A DNA stretch of 64,000 bases from Piromyces finnis finn (Eukaryota; Fungi; Neocallimastigomycota), in assembly GCA_002104945.1 (NCBI GenBank), contig MCFH01000060.1, positions 62,001-126,000 on the forward strand, read 5' to 3'. Under the pieces are notes generated by a model, which worked only from the letters and a program-made list of their open reading frames with translations, did no database searches and was not told where the DNA came from. Of the stretch, positions 56,660 to 64,000 are shown piece after piece; position 1 is the stretch's first letter; every line of letters begins with the position of its first letter. Both the position numbers and the translations under genes were made by a program.

Positions 56660-59600
56660 TCATTCTTCATTTACATATCCTACATAAGAGGTATAATACG
56701 GAATTATATTTTTAAGGTGAATATTGCGTTCGGCTATTTCCCCTGTCTGTGGGTCACATACCGTCACAGTGTTGAATTGTCGTTTAATAATTTTTAAAGG
56801 TCCAATAAAGTACGGGTCCAATTTTCGACGATTGAAGTGTTTTATCAAAACAAGGTCTCCGGGTTTAAATTCACTTCTTAATCTCCTTATTTGTTTTCTT
56901 CTATCCCTCCAAACCTCATTTGCAGTCTCAATATTGTTTATTGCTTCCTGAATCCAGTTATGGTGAGTAATAAATTTTCTAAGGTAGTATTCATCATCTG
57001 TTTCTTCAGGTCCTTTTTTATCTAAATTTATTGATAATTCAAATGGTTGCATATCTCTGCGACCATATAATAATTCAAAACTACTAAATTTTGTTACTTC
57101 ATTTTTAGCAGTTCGAAGTGCCCATAAAGCGCTAGGTAATATATCGTCCCATTCTTCATTATTTTTTCCTAACACTCTTAAATATTTTGAAATTTCTTTA
57201 TTTCTGTTTTCAATTTGTCCATTTGAAGCAGGATGGTAAGTTGTAATATATTGTACAAACACATCATTAAGATCTAGGAATGCTTTAGTTCTATCTGAAC
57301 TAAATTGTGGTCCATTATCTGTAACCAAGACTTCTGGAATACCATGCCTACAAAACACTTCCGTTAAAAATCTTATCACATCTTCAGATTCAGTTTTTAT
57401 TAATGGGGAAGCCTCTACCCATTTAGTCATATAGTCCACTAAAGCAATAATATACCTTGAGCCTCTTTTAGTGGTATTTAAAGGTCCTATTAAGTCCAAA
57501 CTAACACGAGTAAAAGGAAGTTCTGGTGGAGTAGCAATATTTTCAGGATATTTATTTAATGGTTGCACTTTACATGTTTGACATTTATGGCAACCTTTGA
57601 TGAATAATTTTATATCTTTAGACATTCCTTTCCAATAATAATCTCTACATAACCTATGATATGTTTTATAAATACCTTCATGTCCTATTGCATGAGCTTG
57701 AGCTATTAATCGGATTTTCTCATTATTATCAGTAATTATTTTCCTAAAATTATCTCCATGTTTATAATATTCTATTCCATCAATTAAAATAATTCTTTTT
57801 TTTATAAAGTCATTGAAAAAATTATTTAACATTACTCTTTGTTCATTACTATCACCTACACGAATATCTCCATTTACGTCTTTATTTTCAACTATCACGT
57901 TTGCTATTTCTTTACTAATATCAACATTTTTACTAACATTTATAATATCGTCATCAAATCTAACTTTCTTTTTTATTTTACTTTTTGTAGTAACTATTTT
58001 ATTTTTATTTCCAACTTCATTAGAATAATCATTAGCATTATTAAATTCAGAAATATTAATTTTACTATTTTTTTTTTCATCATTATTAATAATTACAGGG
58101 GTTTGAGAACTCTCCATTCTAGATAAAGCGTCTGCTAGAACATTCTTCTTCCCCTCCTCAAATTGAACAATCACCCTTAATGCACTAAATTCAGTAATCC
58201 ATTTTATGTGGCGGCTTGTTGTTGGTTCCTTATTTTTGAAAATGCTGACTAAAGGTTTGTGATCTGTAATTAATAAAGTATCAAAATTATTACCTGTAAT
58301 AAATGATTTAAATTTCATAACACAATAATAGGCGGCAGTTCCCTCAAGTTCAGTAATACTATAATGTCTTTCAGTATCAGATAGGGTACGACTCTGGTAG
58401 TATAATGGTTTCTCAAATTTATCTTTGTCCAATTGTATTAAAACACCACCGATACCACTTCTAGAAGCATCCGTTCTTATAATAAAGGGTTTGCTAAAAT
58501 CAGGCGGAGAAAGAATTGGAGCCGAAGCTAACTTTAATTTTAAATTTTCAAAAGAATTAGAACAAGAATCGGACCATTCGTAAGGAATACCTATTTTAGT
58601 GAGCTCGTATAGTGGTTGAGCTACTTGTGCAAAGTTAGAAATAAACTTACGGTAATACCCAACTGCACCTAAAAAGGAACGAAGTTGTTTAATGTTTTTA
58701 GGTGGAATCCAATTTAATATAACATTTATTTTCGAGTCCAAAGGTTTTAAACCATCAACAGAAAGTAGATGACCTAATAATTCAACTTCTTGCTTAAAGA
58801 AATTACATTTATCAATATTTATTTTCAAACCATTATCTTTTAAAATTTGAAATACAGAAGCTAAGTCAGTGACATGTTGTTCTAGAGAATTAGAAAAAAT
58901 AACTAAATCATCAATATAAACGAACACAGACTTTCCAATTAAATCAAAAAATATTCTGTTCATTTCCCTTTGGAAAGTCGCAGGTGCATTACACAAACCG
59001 AAGGGCATAACAACAAAATTATAATTACCAAAAATAGTGGTAAAACAAGTTTTATCTTTATCATCAGGATGCATTGGAATCTGATGGTATCCTGAGAACA
59101 AATCAATAGTACTTAAAACTGCGGCATTATTACCTACATAATACAGAATGTCGTCTATAAGGGGGAGAGCATAGGAGACTTTAATTGTAAAATTATTCAA
59201 CATTCGATAATCTACACACATTCTTACTTGGTTATTCTTTTTCGGAACCAAAACTACAGGTGAAGACCAAGGTGAATGGGATGGTTCAATAAGACCATTC
59301 TCTATGAGCTTAGTAAGTTCTACCTTTAGAGCATCAGCTTTAACTTTCGGTAATCTATAGGCTCTCTGTTTAATCGGTTTAGTATTTGGTAGCAAGTCAA
59401 TATGATGAGGAAGTAATTTAGTCTTACCTAAATCATCTGTTTTAATGGCTATTACCTCCATAAAGTTGTTAAAGACATCCTTCATCTTGTTTTGAATATC
59501 CAAAGGTAATACAGTAATAATATTATTTATTATGTTTCTTTTAATTTCTAAATTATTCAATTTTATATCTAAACCTTGATTATTAGTAGTTGATTCACTA

Positions 59601-61369
59601 GTGACTGTAATTAATGCTGGTAATATCCCATAAGTTGAAAGGTAATAATCATCAAAATTAGTGTGCTTAACATTATCAGTATTATTCTGTTCTTTATCAT
59701 CATTAACTTCAGTTTGATTATTGTCATTTCCATTATTGTATATATTAATATCGTAGCACAAATTGGTAAGTTTAATTGGATTATTACTTAAATCCATAAA
59801 ATATAAAGTATCATCCACTAAGTTAATAACAAATCGATTTCTTTTTAAAGAATCAACCCCAATTAGTATATCAAAAATGTCATCTTTGTCTACTAGTCTA
59901 AAATATTCAGAAAAGGTAAGATCACCGATTTTTATACTTAATTCATAAATACTAGAATTTGAATTATTATTAGAGAAGGCTTGTAGAAAAGTTTCAGTAA
60001 TTGTACCAATACAAGGTTTGTTGATTTGAAATTTCTTTAATGCTGATTTAGTAATTAAATTAACACTAGAGCAGGTATCCAAGAAAATTTCAGCATTATT
60101 ATTTTCAACTTCACCAGGTACTTTAATAATTTTATTTCTACTAAAAAGTGACATAACATTTGATGCTGGGTTTTTAAATGAAGTTAACTTTAAAGATTTT
60201 ATAAATTCACTTCTAAATTTAGGGAACCAGTCTAGCAAATTTACTAACTTAGTTTTGACTTCCGTTGATACAATATCCCGAATCAGATCTTCAATGTACA
60301 TGTTTTCCAACTTTTCAAGTATTTTAATATGCTTTTCATTTTTAGTCAATGATTCATCTGCTTTATTATTATCTTCATTAATTTCACTAACTAGATTTGA
60401 AAGTTCGTTTATTCTATCTAACTTATTTTTCTTCTTTGCATTTGTTATATTAGGTTGATTAATAAATGACAAATCAAGAAACTGCAATTTTTCTGTTTTC
60501 CTTTTCTTATCAGATTGAGCGTCATCATCAGTAGTGTCATTATAGGAATTTTTCCTCTTAGGATTGGTTGGTTTTGTTTTATAACTATTATCAAATGTAG
60601 TAATATTATCTTTCCTCAATTTATTTCCAATTTCATCATCAATATAGTTAGAGTTATTTTCACTAATTTTATCAGCATGTATTCTTTTTCCTGATTTGAC
60701 AGTAGGATTATTTTTCTTTGTTGGTTCACCTTGCTCATCACTACTGCTCTTATCCTTTTCATTATTAAGTTGATCTTCATGATTATCAGTATTATTTACT
60801 TTAGGGTTATTAATATTTACTGGTTCATTCATCTCCATATCTATCTCGCTTGTAAGTGGGACTACTTCGTCGTCATCATTTATATCAGTTTTATTGTGAT
60901 TCATTGCCGCGGTAGATATTGGTACAGGATTATCTTTTAATTTACCCGGTGGTACTTTATATGGGGTAAATGTTTTCTTATCATTATTCTTATTCTTTCT
61001 AGTAGCAACAGCAACAATTTCAGGGTACATATCACTAATTCCATTCTGGTTTGATACATTCATAGAATAATCAGTATTCATCCCATTATTATTTTCAGCT
61101 TTATACTTTTCATTGTTGGAATAATTAAAACTAGTTCCGTAAGAAGTAGTATTCTTATTATTTAAATTAATCTCTTTTTGAGCATAATTAGTATTATTTT
61201 CATATTGATTATTAGAATACTGTATATTATCATTATTATAAAGTGGATTTTTATTATTTGAATAATTGAATAAATTTATATTTTTATTATCTTTATTTTC
61301 ATTATATTTTCCATTAATGACGGTTTGATTATTGGGAGTTATCCTTCTCCCTAATTGGAGTTTAAATGC
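56660..61369 (-). CDS. pol: Pol of F (PR, RT, RNase H, IN with GPY/F module, no chromodomain), probably made as a Gag-Pol fusion
   Basis: The frame stays open upstream of the ATG at 61081 to 61369 and overlaps the gag end in the -1 frame. Motifs: YIDD, TDAS, HHCC, DLIGP/TDNG/ENRN. The protease motif reads DTC. Confidence 0.92.
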   Translation of the reverse strand, partial: AFKLQLGRRITPNNQTVINGKYNENKDNKNINLFNYSNNKNPLYNNDNIQYSNNQYENNTNYAQKEINLNNKNTTSYGTSFNYSNNEKYKAENNNGMNTDYSMNVSNQNGISDMYPEIVAVATRKNKNNDKKTFTPYKVPPGKLKDNPVPISTAAMNHNKTDINDDDEVVPLTSEIDMEMNEPVNINNPKVNNTDNHEDQLNNEKDKSSSDEQGEPTKKNNPTVKSGKRIHADKISENNSNYIDDEIGNKLRKDNITTFDNSYKTKPTNPKRKNSYNDTTDDDAQSDKKRKTEKLQFLDLSFINQPNITNAKKKNKLDRINELSNLVSEINEDNNKADESLTKNEKHIKILEKLENMYIEDLIRDIVSTEVKTKLVNLLDWFPKFRSEFIKSLKLTSFKNPASNVMSLFSRNKIIKVPGEVENNNAEIFLDTCSSVNLITKSALKKFQINKPCIGTITETFLQAFSNNNSNSSIYELSIKIGDLTFSEYFRLVDKDDIFDILIGVDSLKRNRFVINLVDDTLYFMDLSNNPIKLTNLCYDINIYNNGNDNNQTEVNDDKEQNNTDNVKHTNFDDYYLSTYGILPALITVTSESTTNNQGLDIKLNNLEIKRNIINNIITVLPLDIQNKMKDVFNNFMEVIAIKTDDLGKTKLLPHHIDLLPNTKPIKQRAYRLPKVKADALKVELTKLIENGLIEPSHSPWSSPVVLVPKKNNQVRMCVDYRMLNNFTIKVSYALPLIDDILYYVGNNAAVLSTIDLFSGYHQIPMHPDDKDKTCFTTIFGNYNFVVMPFGLCNAPATFQREMNRIFFDLIGKSVFVYIDDLVIFSNSLEQHVTDLASVFQILKDNGLKINIDKCNFFKQEVELLGHLLSVDGLKPLDSKINVILNWIPPKNIKQLRSFLGAVGYYRKFISNFAQVAQPLYELTKIGIPYEWSDSCSNSFENLKLKLASAPILSPPDFSKPFIIRTDASRSGIGGVLIQLDKDKFEKPLYYQSRTLSDTERHYSITELEGTAAYYCVMKFKSFITGNNFDTLLITDHKPLVSIFKNKEPTTSRHIKWITEFSALRVIVQFEEGKKNVLADALSRMESSQTPVIINNDEKKNSKINISEFNNANDYSNEVGNKNKIVTTKSKIKKKVRFDDDIINVSKNVDISKEIANVIVENKDVNGDIRVGDSNEQRVMLNNFFNDFIKKRIILIDGIEYYKHGDNFRKIITDNNEKIRLIAQAHAIGHEGIYKTYHRLCRDYYWKGMSKDIKLFIKGCHKCQTCKVQPLNKYPENIATPPELPFTRVSLDLIGPLNTTKRGSRYIIALVDYMTKWVEASPLIKTESEDVIRFLTEVFCRHGIPEVLVTDNGPQFSSDRTKAFLDLNDVFVQYITTYHPASNGQIENRNKEISKYLRVLGKNNEEWDDILPSALWALRTAKNEVTKFSSFELLYGRRDMQPFELSINLDKKGPEETDDEYYLRKFITHHNWIQEAINNIETANEVWRDRRKQIRRLRSEFKPGDLVLIKHFNRRKLDPYFIGPLKIIKRQFNTVTVCDPQTGEIAERNIHLKNIIPYYTSYVGYVNEE
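61334..61366 (-). promoter_or_regulatory. Putative -1 programmed ribosomal frameshift signal
   Basis: U UUA AAC heptamer (61360-61366), an 8-nt spacer, then a GGGAG-AAGGATAA-CTCCC hairpin (61334-61351). Confidence 0.75.
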
Positions 61370-62598
61370 TTAACATTGTTAATTCCATCTTTATTATTTA
61401 CTTCTTTATTATTAGTACCGTTTTGAAACATCCTAATCTGTTCCATAGAATATGGACAGACACTGGCTTTGTGACCATGCTGTTTACATCTATAGCACTG
61501 AATGGCCCTAAGCTTATTACCATAAGTATTGTTTTGTAAGCCAGGGTTAGAATTATACCCTCCACTAATAGTATTATTTCTATTATAATTAATATTATTA
61601 TATCCTTGGTGGTTATCTGCATTAATATTTCCATTTTCATCTTTATTAAATTCAATATTTCCATTATTAGAGTTATTATTATTGAAATTGCGAAAATTAC
61701 TAAATTTGGTTTGATTAAAATTATTAGCGTTTTTAATATATCCTATTTTGTTAATATTTCCGAATCGATTATTGTTTCTAGGATTGCCACTATTATTGAG
61801 GTTAGGACTATTTTCATAAGTGTTGTAATTACTATACCCTAAGTGATTATTATAATTATTATGATTATTGTAAAAATTTCTAGGTTGATCGTACATATCC
61901 ATATTCTTATAATTTCTTCCATAATTCATATTAGGATAATCATCTGGGTAGCTATGATTAGTAAGGGTACTATATATTGGATGATTCAAAAGAGAGGAAT
62001 ATCCATAGTTTTGGGTTAACATGTTTATGTTAGCAGTATTAGCATTATTATTAGTGTTAATATAACTATTATTCATTGTTTTCTTCTCGGCCTTTTCAGC
62101 TCTTTCAGCCACTTTAAAAGCTTCTGTTAATGTTTCACATTCTGAAATAATAACCTGAGAGTGTGGATATACTCTCGTTTTAATAGCATTTAAATAATCT
62201 TCTACAGATATCAACCTCATATAATCATGATCTAAATGATGGTATAATTTTAAATATCTATAGTTGAAATTTTTTATTGTTTCATTATCCCTAATTTTCA
62301 GAAGTTTTAGGTTAGAACATTTTTCATTAGGAGTTATCTCTAAGTACTCTTCTATGGCTACTTGGATTTCTTTGAATTTTGGGTAATGCATTTCGTTGTT
62401 TCTCCTTTTTACTAAAGAATTTAATACTTCTTTAATATCACAGTCAACAGCCTCCTTAGCCCATATAAAAATTCTTCTAGGCTCAGTTATGTCATAGATT
62501 TCCATTATCCGAGAAAATTCTTCCATCCAACTATCCACATCCTTTCCATATTCATTTAACTGTGGGATAGCCCTTTGTAATTTTGATGCATCCATCAT
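61351..62598 (-). CDS. gag: Gag of F (415 aa) with CCHC zinc knuckle
   Basis: CYRCKQHGHKASVC knuckle. Lies between the 5' LTR/PBS and pol. Confidence 0.9.
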   Translation of the reverse strand: MMDASKLQRAIPQLNEYGKDVDSWMEEFSRIMEIYDITEPRRIFIWAKEAVDCDIKEVLNSLVKRRNNEMHYPKFKEIQVAIEEYLEITPNEKCSNLKLLKIRDNETIKNFNYRYLKLYHHLDHDYMRLISVEDYLNAIKTRVYPHSQVIISECETLTEAFKVAERAEKAEKKTMNNSYINTNNNANTANINMLTQNYGYSSLLNHPIYSTLTNHSYPDDYPNMNYGRNYKNMDMYDQPRNFYNNHNNYNNHLGYSNYNTYENSPNLNNSGNPRNNNRFGNINKIGYIKNANNFNQTKFSNFRNFNNNNSNNGNIEFNKDENGNINADNHQGYNNINYNRNNTISGGYNSNPGLQNNTYGNKLRAIQCYRCKQHGHKASVCPYSMEQIRMFQNGTNNKEVNNKDGINNVKHLNSN

Positions 62599-62742
62599 TT
62601 TTTTTTTTTATTTATTTATTATTTATATATTTATATTTCCTTTTTTTTTTTTTTTTTTTTTTTTTTATATATATATATATATAAGTTCTTCTAAATATTA
62701 TTATTATCTTTTATTGTTTTTCATATTATTTTGTTTTGCTCG

Positions 62743-62758
62743 TCCGGATTCTCCACCA
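62743..62758 (-). promoter_or_regulatory. tRNA primer-binding site of F, probably tRNA-Ala
   Basis: TGGTGGAGAATCCGGA lies 8 nt after the 5' LTR. It is complementary to a tRNA ending ...ATTCTCC-A-CCA, where U70 and A73 fit Ala identity. A 12-bp inverted repeat (62760-62771 / 62787-62798) spans the LTR junction. Confidence 0.7.
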
Positions 62759-63333
62759 AAAATTTATGGTACGTATTATTTAATAATACCATAAATTTAA
62801 TTATTTATTTTATTTCCAGGAGTCGAACAAAAGGGATTTATACAAAATAATATATTCTAATAAAAGAATAAAAAAAATGATTATTTGTATATTTATTTAT
62901 ATTATAACTAATAATTATTTTTTAGTGTTATTAATTATTTTGCTTTTACTTTTATTATTTTTAACAATTTATACACAAAGTATTTGAATATAAGAAAAAA
63001 AAAGGATTAAACATAAAAAAAAATCTTATTTGTAACTTTCTCTTTTATTTTATTAATAAAAATAATTTTAAGTACATTTATATATTTAATATAAAAAAAT
63101 ATTTTTAGTTAAAACAGATATAAAAATTCTCAATAATTAATTATATTTATCAAAGAACTCTCTTTTCTTAATAAAAGTGAATTTTTGTTATTTTTATATA
63201 AAATTTTTATAATATTTTATTGGTTATTCAATAATAGATTAAATTATTATTTTTCTTAAATAATTGCTAACCCTTAAAAATAACTATATAAATTTAATAT
63301 TTTTAACTATATAATTTTATCACGTATCAACAA

Positions 63334-64000
63334 TGCTACGGTTCAAATAAGATATCACAAAACACTTGAATAGTTATAAAAATAAAAATTTATTTAATTT
63401 TAATTTTTATTCATTTAATTTATTTTTGATTTTTCAATTTTTAGAATTTTTCTCAAAAATCCTCGTACTTTTTCCAACTATCCATTATTTGAAATTTAAT
63501 GGTTTTGGATAGCTAAGGATTTAAATTGATTTCATTCATAATATATGGATCATTCACTGTAACATATATTAATTAAATCCTTAATATATATTATGAATAA
63601 TCTCTTAATATTTGAATAGAAAAATTTTTAATTTATAATTAATAAAATTTTAATTTATGATATGTGTAACATTTTTGCATATCATATATTATATATTTAA
63701 TTATGACATATAATAAAATTATATTATTCAATTAATTATGCCCTTTTTTAGACATAAATAATAATTTTTCTGTCGAGGTATCTTCTGTTTTGTGTGTAAC
63801 AGTTGCCTCTTTTAGTAAAAATTATAATTAAATTCTATGTCATAATTTCAAATTATAAAATATTATACAATAAAGTTAATTAATAAAATAAACCTTAAAT
63901 AATAATAAAATACCTATAACTATTTTAATAATAAAATTTTGTAAAATTTATAAGTATAAAATATTATAAGTAATTATACTAATACTAATAATAAAGGTCT
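63334..64000. mobile_element. Possible further LTR (starts TGCTACGGTTCAAATA), running off the window
   Basis: TG start directly after the F TSD. It shares GTTCAAATA near the terminus with family J. The other end is not visible. Confidence 0.35.

Larger units (their letters stand above)
55499..63329 (-). mobile_element. Full-length non-chromodomain Ty3/Gypsy element F (7.8 kb)
   Basis: LTRs at 55499-56060 and 62767-63329 differ only in one A-run as far as I can see. Termini TGATAC...GTACCA in element sense, 4-bp TSD ACAA. Confidence 0.95.

Overview
Extremely AT-rich eukaryotic DNA. Base composition and TE content suggest an anaerobic gut fungus (Neocallimastigomycota); this is inference, not shown by the sequence. 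Positions 1-10 kb are ordinary, with one C2H2 zinc-finger gene. Positions 10.2-64 kb are almost entirely LTR-retrotransposon DNA organised around two identical minus-strand tRNA-Arg(UCU) genes (10084-10157, 38143-38216). I resolve about 30 solo or partial LTRs from about 14 families (letter labels are mine) and four internal-region-bearing Ty3/Gypsy elements. E1 and G are disabled chromoviruses, E2 is an intact chromovirus, and F is an intact-looking non-chromodomain element with a -1 frameshift signal. The main observation is that the LTRs form polarised stacks upstream of tRNA genes. One class inserts 11-18 nt upstream of the mature tRNA and so piles up end-to-end with 0-8 nt spacers. A second class inserts about 65-67 nt upstream, which puts it 49-54 nt inside whichever LTR was tRNA-proximal at the time, regardless of that LTR's sequence. 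Stack polarity flips at about 43372, predicting a plus-strand Pol III gene to the right of the window. All boundaries and TSDs were read by eye. Solo-LTR strands are relative conventions, not proven transcription directions.
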